Shown here: positions 18,582 to 28,047 of the stretch, piece by piece | Position numbering within the stretch: position 1 is the first letter of the stretch | Layout of the letters: the number at the start of each line of letters is the position of its first letter | Origin: Candidatus Poribacteria bacterium | Lineage (GTDB): Bacteria; Poribacteria; WGA-4E; WGA-3G | Length of the DNA stretch: 64,000 nt | Assembly (NCBI GenBank): GCA_965215265.1 | Contig: OZ244048.1 | Location: forward strand, 3,008,001-3,072,000 | Reading direction: 5' to 3' | Position numbers and translations under genes: made by a program | The notes under the pieces: model-generated | Told to the model about the DNA's origin: nothing | The model's database searches: none | The model's input: the letters and a program-made list of their open reading frames with translations, nothing else

Positions 18582-21227
18582 ATGGAACTGAAAGATTACC
18601 AACAAGAGGCGTTGGATACGTTAGAGACATATTTAGCGGCATTGAAGGATGCGCGGAAAGCGGCCGATGAACTCGCTGCTGTTAACATCGCAGAATTTCC
18701 AGAAGTTGTGAGAGAGTCGATGGCAGTGGCAGTGAAAGAGGCGGCGGATTATCCGCGCGTTGCATGGGAAAAATTACGAGAAGAAGCCGTGTTACCGGGC
18801 GTTCCGGACAAAAAAGGAGCAGATAAGATTCCGGAGTACATTGCGCGCGAAGCCGCCTCCGGTGAACCGATTCCGCACGTCTGTCTGAAAGTGCCGACCG
18901 GTGGGGGGAAGACGTTGTTGGGTGTAGAGGCGGTGCGTCGCTTGAAACTCGGCACCGGGTTTGTGCTATGGCTCGTACCGACGAAAGCCATCTACACACA
19001 AACGTGGGCGGCTTTTCGGAATCGTGAGCATCCGTATCGGCAAATTCTGGAGCTTGCGTCAGGAGGCAGGGTCAAACTTCTCCAAAAGGATGATAGATTC
19101 ACTAAGCAAGACGTTGAGGATTATCTGTGTGTGATGCTCCTGATGCTGCCTGCGGCGAACCGGCAGCGGAATAAGGAATTCCTCAAAATGTTCCGCGATA
19201 GCAGCGGCTATGCGTCGTTTTTTCCGATTGAAGACGCTGTTTGGGAACATCAAGGGTTATTGGAGACGCATCCGGACCTTGAGAGAACGGTGGAGGGTGA
19301 GCCGGGGCAGATCGGTGGGGTGCTCGCCGCGAATCCGGTGGACAGGCAGATTAAGCAGAGCCTATTCAATGTGCTGAAGCTGCTGCGTCCGACGGTGGTT
19401 TTAGATGAGGCACATAAAGCTTACGGGAGCAAGCAGGCAAAGAATAACCAGGAATTCGTGGCGGTGGTGAATCGTCTCAATCCGCGCTTTGTGCTGGAGC
19501 TTTCTGCCACTCCGCAGCTCGGCATCAGCAACATTCTCGTCAATATCTCTGGTGTTGCGCTAAAAGACGAAGAGATGATTAAGCTGCCGATTCACCTGCG
19601 TAATTTCGAGAATTCGGATTGGAAGTATACACTCGCCCAGGCGAAGGCAGAGCGGGATAGGCTTGAGGAGAAGGCGGAGCAGCTGCAAGCAGTGGAAAAC
19701 CGCTATATCCGTCCTATCGCCGTGATCCGCGTAGATCGCACCGGCAAAAATCAACGGGACGGCATAAGGGTGCATGCCGAGGATGTGCGTGACGAGCTGA
19801 TCCACGGATTGGGCGTAGATGCCAACTATATTAAGGTGAAATCCTCAGAGCAGGATGAGCTGGCCGGAATTGACTTGCTGAGTCCTTTCTGTCCGGTGCG
19901 TTATATTATTACCAAGGATGCCTTAAAGGAGGGATGGGATTGCCCGTTCGCTGCTCTACTGGTTCTGCTTGATAACACAACCGCGTCGACAGCGATGACG
20001 CAGCTCGTTGGCCGGGTGATGCGGCAACCGCATGCACGGGCGACGCTATTTCCTGAATTGGATAGTTGCTACATCTACTGCTTCAATCAGAAGGTCGGGG
20101 CGGCAGTGAAAAATGTCAAAAAGGGGTTAGAGGCAGAGGGGTTAACAGGACTTGCCGAATTTGTTGATGATCCAGAGGCGGAAGGTGTGCGGCGCAAGGT
20201 GCAACGCAGACCTGAATATCGCAGCTTGGATATTTTTCTGCCGCAGGTACTACATAAACAGGGGAACGGTTGGCGAGCACTTGATTATGAACGCGATATC
20301 CGCAGTGCGATTAACTGGGCGCTTCTCGATGCTGTCAAACCGGTCCGACTCGGGGCTCAAGCGGACAGCCGAGAGATTCGTGCGACTATCCATCTTCAAG
20401 ACGAAGCCGTCATCGAGAAGCCGGCTTCAGAAAATCTTGATATGGAATTAGAGCTCGATTTTTTCGTTCGTCGCCTGGGCGATATGATTCCGAATCCGTG
20501 GCAAGCCGCCCGTATTGTCAAGGCCACTCTGCAGCAATACCAGCAACAGGGCATCGACGAGAAAACGTTGTTCATGAATCGGCTCTATCTCTCTGAAGTC
20601 CTGAAGAATAAACTCCGGGAACGGATTGAAAGTTTAGCCGAGGCTGTTTTCCGAGAGAAGCTCCGCAGTGACAAGGTTCGGTTTAATCTGCAAACGGATG
20701 CCGCGCTAAACTACGAATTAGAAAAGACGATTGAGGTGATTGTCTCTAAAGAAGAAAAACCGCTAACCCGTTCACACGGGACTGCGTTGCAATTAAACCT
20801 GTTCAGCCCAGTCTTTGAGGGTGAGTTCAATAATTTAGAGCAAGATTTTGCGCTCTATTTAGACGAAAAAGGGGCGATTCAGTGGTGGCATCGCATCGCT
20901 GCTAAGCAGGGCTATTTTTTGCAAGGGTGGCGTCGGGAACGTGTGTATCCGGATTTCGTAGCGTGTGTGCAAGGTGAGAAAGATGGAACGCAGCGGCTGC
21001 TGCTGTTAGAGACGAAAGGTTTGCAACTCAAAGGCAACGCGGATACGACGTATAAACAGGAGCTGCTCAAGACGTTGGAGAGTGCCTATCGGACTGCCAC
21101 GGTGCATGGCACTATGGATGTCGTCCATCCTACTCACAAAACGATATCGTTCCGGATGCTGTTTGAGGATTCGTGGTGTGAGAAGTTGAATGAGACGATC
21201 GATGAGAGTTATGCGGCTGCGGAGTAG
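18582..21227 (+). CDS. res: Type III restriction endonuclease Res subunit (SF2 helicase + PD-(D/E)XK nuclease)
   Basis: ELKDYQ Q-motif, VPTGGGKT Walker A, VLDEAH, ELSATP, EGWDCP, QLVGRVMR, YPDF...LLETKG; starts 2 nt after the mod2 stop. Confidence 0.9.
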   Translation: MELKDYQQEALDTLETYLAALKDARKAADELAAVNIAEFPEVVRESMAVAVKEAADYPRVAWEKLREEAVLPGVPDKKGADKIPEYIAREAASGEPIPHVCLKVPTGGGKTLLGVEAVRRLKLGTGFVLWLVPTKAIYTQTWAAFRNREHPYRQILELASGGRVKLLQKDDRFTKQDVEDYLCVMLLMLPAANRQRNKEFLKMFRDSSGYASFFPIEDAVWEHQGLLETHPDLERTVEGEPGQIGGVLAANPVDRQIKQSLFNVLKLLRPTVVLDEAHKAYGSKQAKNNQEFVAVVNRLNPRFVLELSATPQLGISNILVNISGVALKDEEMIKLPIHLRNFENSDWKYTLAQAKAERDRLEEKAEQLQAVENRYIRPIAVIRVDRTGKNQRDGIRVHAEDVRDELIHGLGVDANYIKVKSSEQDELAGIDLLSPFCPVRYIITKDALKEGWDCPFAALLVLLDNTTASTAMTQLVGRVMRQPHARATLFPELDSCYIYCFNQKVGAAVKNVKKGLEAEGLTGLAEFVDDPEAEGVRRKVQRRPEYRSLDIFLPQVLHKQGNGWRALDYERDIRSAINWALLDAVKPVRLGAQADSREIRATIHLQDEAVIEKPASENLDMELELDFFVRRLGDMIPNPWQAARIVKATLQQYQQQGIDEKTLFMNRLYLSEVLKNKLRERIESLAEAVFREKLRSDKVRFNLQTDAALNYELEKTIEVIVSKEEKPLTRSHGTALQLNLFSPVFEGEFNNLEQDFALYLDEKGAIQWWHRIAAKQGYFLQGWRRERVYPDFVACVQGEKDGTQRLLLLETKGLQLKGNADTTYKQELLKTLESAYRTATVHGTMDVVHPTHKTISFRMLFEDSWCEKLNETIDESYAAAE

Positions 21228-21407
21228 CGGTGCTGCTTGGCAGTCGAAAACAGGATGATGATTAATTTTAATTCCTTAGTCGCCCACATGCCGGGCGGAG
21301 GGGCTACCAAACTCCACTAACCCCGTTTTATCACTAGGCAAACTGCTTTCAGGGCAGAATTTCTATCTTACATTTAGATGTATTGAAATAATCAGGTGTA
21401 ATAGGCT

Positions 21408-22157
21408 TTAACAGATAACTGTGGGCATCTCGTCATAAGTTCGACCGTCTAATTCACGGCCTGTTTTGGATTTACGTGTGCCGCCCCACTGTTTGAAGAA
21501 AAATGGTACTTTTGCGTTCACACACCCATCGCGGATATCGAGTACCCACTCTTTTTTCATCTGCCGTGCCCCCGGTCCCGACTCACCTCCGACGATTACC
21601 CAATCGATACAGTCCAAATTTAAATTCGGCAAGGGACCAATAAGCGGTTCCAATGATAAGAATTTAATCTGTGCTTGACTCTTTCGGAGACAGTCGATTC
21701 GGTGGACGACGTGTTCATCCTCGACGCTCACTCCCATCCAGACGTTGTGCGGCCAGGGCAGTACTGAATTACATTCCAGCAATCGTTCGGCGCGTTTTGT
21801 CAAAACTTGAAATTGATGCCAATTCGCTTTTCTCATCACATCAAAAACGGCTTGAATAAATGAGAGTTCAACCTTCTGGTGAAACAGGTCACTCATGGAA
21901 TTGACGAAAATGCGGCGTGGCTTTTTCCATCTTAGGGGTACATCAAGCAATTCTGGTAAAACGCGGACCTGATTGTTCCACCGGGGTCCAGTTTTCGTGT
22001 TATGTGCCAAACCTTCATAAGCCATTCCTTCTCCGGAAAACCTCGCTGCGATGCGTTCAGCGTAACAGAACCGGCATCCTTCTGACACTCGTGTACAACC
22101 GCGCACTGGGTTCCAAGTTGATTCGGTCCACTCAATTTTTGAGGCTTGAGATGCCAT
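21408..22157 (-). CDS. DUF5131 / phage Gp37-Gp68 family protein (three-Cys motif, radical-SAM-like)
   Basis: SKIEWTESTWNPVRGCTRVSEGCRFCYA, FVNSMSDLFH, QVLTKR, WVIVGGESG, FFFKQWGG. Confidence 0.9.
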   Translation of the reverse strand: MASQASKIEWTESTWNPVRGCTRVSEGCRFCYAERIAARFSGEGMAYEGLAHNTKTGPRWNNQVRVLPELLDVPLRWKKPRRIFVNSMSDLFHQKVELSFIQAVFDVMRKANWHQFQVLTKRAERLLECNSVLPWPHNVWMGVSVEDEHVVHRIDCLRKSQAQIKFLSLEPLIGPLPNLNLDCIDWVIVGGESGPGARQMKKEWVLDIRDGCVNAKVPFFFKQWGGTRKSKTGRELDGRTYDEMPTVIC

Positions 22158-22169
22158 CTGTTTTACCTC

Positions 22170-23093
22170 TTACTTTGAAAATGTTGGTTGTGGCGGGTTT
22201 TGCATTCCGCTTAGAATGTGCTGGGCAATTTTAACCGCTGTTGGTGCCCCTCTCGGGTTTCCGGCGGCAAAGCAGAGCAAATACAGAGGGACATTTTTTG
22301 AATTACGTAAAGAAAGAGGATTATCAGCTACGCCTGCAAAAATTCCTTGTAATTGCTTCATGAAATATTGCTCAACTTCCGCAAAAATATCGTCCGTTTT
22401 TTGCCATCTATCTTTTTCGTCAAACATTGAAATTTGTTTAGCAAGTTGATAAAACGTCTGAAACCAATAGTCATCGCCAAAAACACTATTCAACTTATAC
22501 CGCCGGGCATCTCGAATCTCGCCATCATTTTTCAACAACCGATTTACAGTACCCAGAGGAAAAAGCATCCATAAGTCAATCGCTTGAGTCTTAGCGATTG
22601 ATTTAATTGTTTCCCATTCAACCTGCATGCCGTAAGGATCAAGGAAAACTAAGGCTCGGTGTTTCCTCCAGTTTTTCGTGCATAATTTTCTTAAGAATGT
22701 GTTCGCGTCCTCCTGCTCACACGTAATAGAATCTTCTTGCCATTCTTTATTGCGTAAAGATTCTTCTCTAAGTTCGACTAATTCTGCAAACCGCTTTGGA
22801 TCTTTTTCAATAAAAACGTATTTTTGAAAAGGAGGTTCTACTTCTAACGCGATTTGTGCTGAACCCTCCAACCAACCACGCGTATCCTGGGAAGTCAGTT
22901 CAGGGAACATGAGTTTATTTGGATTATCGTCATGTGGTAACTCACGGTACCCTGTACCCGCAAAAGCATCTATGTATGCGAAACGAAACTTCTGTTTTTT
23001 CATTATGGTTGTATAGGCTTGCAAGTATTTTTTTATACATTCCAATTTCTGATCTGTCCAAGGCCCGCCAAATTGCTGTCTGCTATTATTCAT
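22170..23093 (-). CDS. tcmP: Three-Cys-motif partner protein TcmP (SAM-binding fold)
   Basis: FGGPWTDQKL, YIDAFAGTG, GSAQIAL, FLDPYG; immediately upstream of DUF5131. Confidence 0.85.
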   Translation of the reverse strand: MNNSRQQFGGPWTDQKLECIKKYLQAYTTIMKKQKFRFAYIDAFAGTGYRELPHDDNPNKLMFPELTSQDTRGWLEGSAQIALEVEPPFQKYVFIEKDPKRFAELVELREESLRNKEWQEDSITCEQEDANTFLRKLCTKNWRKHRALVFLDPYGMQVEWETIKSIAKTQAIDLWMLFPLGTVNRLLKNDGEIRDARRYKLNSVFGDDYWFQTFYQLAKQISMFDEKDRWQKTDDIFAEVEQYFMKQLQGIFAGVADNPLSLRNSKNVPLYLLCFAAGNPRGAPTAVKIAQHILSGMQNPPQPTFSK

Positions 23094-23245
23094 GCTTACT
23101 TATCCTTTCTTTAAACAAATTAAGTTATCAATATATTAAATTATACCAATTTTCGTTAAGTATGTCAAGCAGATTTTTGCCCACCCTTATTTTTTTTGGT
23201 ACAGCGGATTGAAACCTTACCTGTCTATTTATAATATTAAGGAGT

Positions 23246-24268
23246 TTAGCAAGAATTAACGTTTGCGCCCCCGCCAAACGTATGCCAGAATAGTACCGGT
23301 TGCTTTTCACAACTGTGGACTTGCAAGTAGTGTATCAAGCCTGCCAATGTCTTGCCGGTATAAGTATTTTCCAACGTGATGTCTTCCTGCTCTCTCATCA
23401 TCTTTACAGCCCGCGTGCCTTCCTCTGTCGGTATGCCGTATCCTTTTCCAAAGTCGTGATGCCAGATTCCAATGGGAAGGGCATTTGTAGGTTCTACATT
23501 CGCTGTGCCGATGAGACGCAGGATACGACGCACCATCCAAGACACGAGCCACGTATTCGCTATAACCCGATCGGACACGCGTACACCGATTACCTGACTT
23601 CGCAAACCGGCGAGCCGGACACCGGCTACTAAGCCAGCCATTGTCCCACAAGTCCCAACCGGCACGAAGATAAATCGTGGTTCCGGTAGATATCCAGACT
23701 CAATTTGCGATTTGAGTTCTTCGACTGCCGTCACGTAGCCGAGGGAGCCAAGTGCGGAAGAACCGCCTGCAGGGATAAAATAACGTTTTCGTCCAATTCC
23801 AAAAGCGTTTTTGAGTTTTTCGGACGCGTAACGTGCGAACATGGTGCCCATGTACCTAACCTCGTAAATCTGTTCTGCATGTTCTCGAATGGTTGTGTAA
23901 TTCAATTCAGAATATTCAGTAGTTGGCTGTTGAAAAAGCAGACATTCCACGCGGAACCCTGCGGATTTTCCATAAACCACCGTTGCTCGAACGTGGTTTG
24001 AGCCGGTGGGGCCTATTGTAAAGAGGGTAATATGGTTTGGCCCGTTGCCTTGTGCTTGCTGTTGCGCGGCTGCGAATATATACTCCAATTTGCGGACCTT
24101 GTTTCCGCCGCCCAATGGACCGCTTAGGTCATCGCGTTTTATCCAGAGCGATGGCATGCCGAGTACACGGCCAAGGTTAGGTAGATGTTGCACTGGCGTA
24201 GGAAATTTTCCGAGTGAAAGATGTGGAATAGATTGAATCATTTTTTTCTCAATAGCACTGAATTCCAA
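23246..24268 (-). CDS. D-cysteine desulfhydrase / ACC deaminase family PLP enzyme
   Basis: LWIKRDDLSG, GGNKVRKLEY, SNHV, GTCGT, YTGKT. Confidence 0.8.
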   Translation of the reverse strand: MEFSAIEKKMIQSIPHLSLGKFPTPVQHLPNLGRVLGMPSLWIKRDDLSGPLGGGNKVRKLEYIFAAAQQQAQGNGPNHITLFTIGPTGSNHVRATVVYGKSAGFRVECLLFQQPTTEYSELNYTTIREHAEQIYEVRYMGTMFARYASEKLKNAFGIGRKRYFIPAGGSSALGSLGYVTAVEELKSQIESGYLPEPRFIFVPVGTCGTMAGLVAGVRLAGLRSQVIGVRVSDRVIANTWLVSWMVRRILRLIGTANVEPTNALPIGIWHHDFGKGYGIPTEEGTRAVKMMREQEDITLENTYTGKTLAGLIHYLQVHSCEKQPVLFWHTFGGGANVNSC

Positions 24269-24285
24269 AACTCGTATAATTTTAT

Positions 24286-25776
24286 TTATGGTGATTTAGA
24301 GAGGATTTGATAAGCAACATGGTTTGCCAGGGCTGCGATGGTCAGTGTAGGAGGTACCCCAATAGAAGTCGGAAAAAGACTGGCATCCGCTACAAAAAGG
24401 TTTTTGACACTGTGTGCTTCCCCCGAAAGGTTGACAACAGAAGTGGCAGGATTCTCACCTATTCGGAGAGTGCCTTGCGGGTGGCTTGATGCTAACATGA
24501 TGTCATTTTGCACAATGCCCCGTTGGCGGATGAGTCGGAGGTCTGTCTCTGTTCTGATAATAACAGGTTGGGTATACGGCATAAGAATCTCTGTTGCTCC
24601 TGCAGTCAAGAGCAAACGCGCTGCATTGATTGCGCCATCAACGAGTACGTTTTTATCCTCCCGGTCCAATCGGTACGTAATACGCGGTGAGCCTTTCCGA
24701 TTGATAGTTACGCGTCCGGTTGTCTTGTCATGCAAGAGAACAAGAAGGGCTGCGATATGGCGGTAACGTTCCATAAATTGGCGATGGATTTGACCAAACC
24801 CCGGTAAACTCGCTGCAACTATCATCGGTGAACCAAAGGCCGGCATCAGAAGATAGCCGCTGTCCGGATGGTGTTCCAAGTCGAGGAACTGATTGATGTA
24901 ATAACTTTGCGGGATGCCGAGGTGTCCATCAATGATTTCATCAAAGATGCCGCCGACAAAAATTGCAGGGTGCAGATGTAAGTTAGCCCCGACCTGTCTG
25001 TTTGCATTAGGGAGTCGACTTTTTAGCCAGAGTTGTGGTGAATTGATTGCGCCAGCAGCTAACACCACGGCTTTGCTTCGGACTGTCAACTGTCCGGTTG
25101 CCAATTGTGCTAAGACGCCAACGGCCTTTGCTTTTTCAACCATAATGGCTTCTGCAATGCAATTGCTATAGAGACGTGCGCCTGCTGCAAGTGCCAATGG
25201 GATATACGTGACTGCCATGCTCTGCTTTCCTGATAGTGAATCGGAGTGAGGACAGCCAAAAAGACATCTCGCGGAACATGCTGGACACGGTAGGCGGTTG
25301 TGCTGCTGTAGGATGCCGCGCCATCCCATGGCTTTACAACCGCGGCGAATTACACTGTTTAATCGGTTCACTTCCGATTCCTGAATCTGTGTAACACTGA
25401 GATTCTGCTTAACACGTGCTACATCCGACGAGAGTTCCGGCATCCCCCATCTCTGTAACAAAGATTCCGGTGGGCTAACTGCATAACAGAGATTATGTAC
25501 CGTTGAGCCTCCAACGCCTCTACCTTGTGAGATAATGATAGCTCCGTCTTGCGTTCGCCGCAGCCCACTATCCCAAAAGAGCCTATGCAGCATGTCGGGT
25601 TCATATCGACTGAAGGAGCTCGGTTCATGAGGTTCACCAGCTTCTAAGAGGATGACAGAGGCCCCGGCTTCGGCGAGCTCTTTTGCGACAACTGCACCGC
25701 CCGCACCTGAGCCAATAATACACACATCAGCGGCTGCGGTGTAGGAAGTCCTATTTTTGTTTACCTTGTATCTCAT
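24286..25776 (-). CDS. GMC family oxidoreductase
   Basis: IIGSGAGG, GRGVGGST, SSHPQGT, ADASLFPTSIGVPPTLT. Confidence 0.85.
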   Translation of the reverse strand: MRYKVNKNRTSYTAAADVCIIGSGAGGAVVAKELAEAGASVILLEAGEPHEPSSFSRYEPDMLHRLFWDSGLRRTQDGAIIISQGRGVGGSTVHNLCYAVSPPESLLQRWGMPELSSDVARVKQNLSVTQIQESEVNRLNSVIRRGCKAMGWRGILQQHNRLPCPACSARCLFGCPHSDSLSGKQSMAVTYIPLALAAGARLYSNCIAEAIMVEKAKAVGVLAQLATGQLTVRSKAVVLAAGAINSPQLWLKSRLPNANRQVGANLHLHPAIFVGGIFDEIIDGHLGIPQSYYINQFLDLEHHPDSGYLLMPAFGSPMIVAASLPGFGQIHRQFMERYRHIAALLVLLHDKTTGRVTINRKGSPRITYRLDREDKNVLVDGAINAARLLLTAGATEILMPYTQPVIIRTETDLRLIRQRGIVQNDIMLASSHPQGTLRIGENPATSVVNLSGEAHSVKNLFVADASLFPTSIGVPPTLTIAALANHVAYQILSKSP

Positions 25777-25777
25777 C

Positions 25778-26956
25778 TTACCTACCCGAAGCTTTCAACG
25801 CACGATAGTACTGGTAAGCCTGCGCAGCCTTTGATTTCTCGCCAATTTGTCGGTAAGCGTTCGCCAGGTTTCGGTAAAGTGACAGTCTTTGGTGTAAATT
25901 ATCCATGCCAAGGCGGATTGCGGTTTCAAACTGAACAATCGCGTGCCGTGGTTCTTCCAGCATCACGTAGGCAACACCGAGGCTATTCCGGTACACGGCA
26001 CGCTGTGGATAGATACTAACAAGGGAACCGTATGTCTCACGCGCTTCGGAGTAAGCCTCTATTTTAAGATAGATATAGCCGAGTCGTTCATACGCTTTTT
26101 CATCGCGTGGTGCGATAGCGATACAGGTTTTGAGTTCAGAGATAGCGGCATCCCACTCTTCTCTCTTAATGAGAAGTTCGGCGAACTGATGCCGGATATC
26201 AAGTCGTTGTGTATCATCCTGAATGAATCGACGCAAAGTCTCCAACTGTTCCTCCTCGCGGCTGAGTTTCTCGTAAGTAAGGAGAGCGGTTCTGCCTTCC
26301 TGAATGCGTCCTGTCCGCAGATAACAATTGCCGAGGTTAAAGTGTGCTTTGGCGTGCAGTTTTTTGCGTTTAAGGACGGCTTCAAAGTGTGGTATCGCTT
26401 GGATAAAGTCGCCGGATTGGAAGTAAGCAAGGCCAAGGAGATAGCGTGCCTCTATATCCGGTGAATTGGCGTGTGAAACTGCTTGTTTAAGATGGTGTAT
26501 TGCGTCATCGATTCTGTGCTGTCGGAGATAGGCAGTGCCAAGGAGCCGTTGTGCCCGTTGGAAGTTAGGCTGTGTCTGTAATGCACGTTTGAGTGAGGAA
26601 ATTGCCTCTTTCGTACGCGCCAACCCTATCAGATATGCCTCACCAAGCCGGCAGTGTGCGTCAGCGAAGTCTGGTGAAATGTTAATAGCAGTTTGAAACG
26701 TGCGCACAGCAAGCTTCCATTGTGATTGCTGCCCATACAGCATGCCTAGTTGATAGTGTGCTTCTGGGAATGAAGTATCTAATTTCACTGCGTGCTGAAA
26801 CGCATTAAAGGCATCGCGGTGCTCTCTCTGGGCAAGTGCTTGTAAGCCTGCTTGATAGACACGCTGTGCCTCGTTCCTCTTATCGGGACACGCAGGGACG
26901 ATATTTGTGAAAAATAAAAGTGCTAGCAAAAAAAAGTAGAAACGTCCTGTTTTCAT
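25778..26956 (-). CDS. TPR-repeat protein with signal peptide
   Basis: Repeated AHYQLG/AHFNLG/ARYLLG TPR units. Confidence 0.85.
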   Translation of the reverse strand: MKTGRFYFFLLALLFFTNIVPACPDKRNEAQRVYQAGLQALAQREHRDAFNAFQHAVKLDTSFPEAHYQLGMLYGQQSQWKLAVRTFQTAINISPDFADAHCRLGEAYLIGLARTKEAISSLKRALQTQPNFQRAQRLLGTAYLRQHRIDDAIHHLKQAVSHANSPDIEARYLLGLAYFQSGDFIQAIPHFEAVLKRKKLHAKAHFNLGNCYLRTGRIQEGRTALLTYEKLSREEEQLETLRRFIQDDTQRLDIRHQFAELLIKREEWDAAISELKTCIAIAPRDEKAYERLGYIYLKIEAYSEARETYGSLVSIYPQRAVYRNSLGVAYVMLEEPRHAIVQFETAIRLGMDNLHQRLSLYRNLANAYRQIGEKSKAAQAYQYYRALKASGR

Positions 26957-27077
26957 TTTTTTAGACTGTATCCGAGGTGCGCTTTAGTTATTTTTTTATC
27001 AGTGCTGGACATTGATTTGCATTTATGATAACATATTTCGTGCTTGGTTATCAACTTATCTGAATCCGAAAGGAGAG

Positions 27078-27932
27078 ATGCCCATGGAATTTGTTCTATT
27101 GACAGAAATCCAACGGCAAGAATTTGAGGATAACGGGTACCTCATCGTGCGCGAAGCGATTGATACGATGATGATTGAACGGCTCATTGAAGCCGGTGAC
27201 CGTCTCATGGAATCGTTTGAGTACCACGGTTACTACGCGCATAGAAGAGACGGTTTGGTCCAAGAGCCTGCGTTTGCAGCCCTTGCCACAGAGTCAAAAG
27301 CAGTGCCGCTGATTCTGCAGCTGCTGGGGACGAATCTCCATATCACGAACACTGCTCTCATTTACAAACATCCGCAGCCGCCTGAAAAGCCGGACAATAG
27401 AAACTGGCACCGGGATGTAGGTGTGCATTTAGATGTCGGCCACCAGGCCTGTCCGAGAGTCGGTTTAAAGGTGGGTTACTGTGTAACAGATTTTAGCGTT
27501 CCGAATTCTGGTGCGACCTGGTTTGTCAGGAAGAGCCATACACTAAAGGAGCCGCTCGGCATTCCGGAAGGTGAAGTGGATCCGCCGGCATACGACGAAC
27601 CGCTGCTTCGTGCGGGGGATGCGTTTCTATTCGAAAGTCGTATCTATCATGCAGCGGGTCTCAACTTCGGGTCCAATATTTCCAAAGTTGTTATCTACGG
27701 TTACCATTATCGTTGGGTCAAGCCCGATTACTATTTGCGCTATTACAATGATATGCTCCAACCTGACGCTTGCCTAGTCAGCAATTTGGATGACTTAGGT
27801 AGACAGTTTCTCGGTGCGGAGGAAGATACACAAGGCAGACGCGACGCGAACGGTGTACATTGGGCAGGTTTAGAATGGGCATCGGTGCATAATCTGAAAT
27901 TGGAACAAGCGTCACAAATCGTCACAATTTAA
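27078..27932 (+). CDS. PhyH-like Fe(II)/2OG dioxygenase
   Basis: FEDNGYL, WHRD (HxD), IYHA; AAGGAG SD before ATG 27078. Confidence 0.8.
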   Translation: MPMEFVLLTEIQRQEFEDNGYLIVREAIDTMMIERLIEAGDRLMESFEYHGYYAHRRDGLVQEPAFAALATESKAVPLILQLLGTNLHITNTALIYKHPQPPEKPDNRNWHRDVGVHLDVGHQACPRVGLKVGYCVTDFSVPNSGATWFVRKSHTLKEPLGIPEGEVDPPAYDEPLLRAGDAFLFESRIYHAAGLNFGSNISKVVIYGYHYRWVKPDYYLRYYNDMLQPDACLVSNLDDLGRQFLGAEEDTQGRRDANGVHWAGLEWASVHNLKLEQASQIVTI

Positions 27933-28047
27933 GTGGTTTTCCGCTATTCATATCGTGCTTCGGCTATGACCGGCAGGCGCAGAGTTCATCGAAAAATTCT
28001 TGTTTTATCGGTTTAGAGATGGGGATCCATCTGAAAAAGGAGAAAAA

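Noticed and set aside
14884-23245. Integrase, att sites or target duplication bounding the defence island
   Set aside because: No recombinase gene or flanking direct repeat was visible
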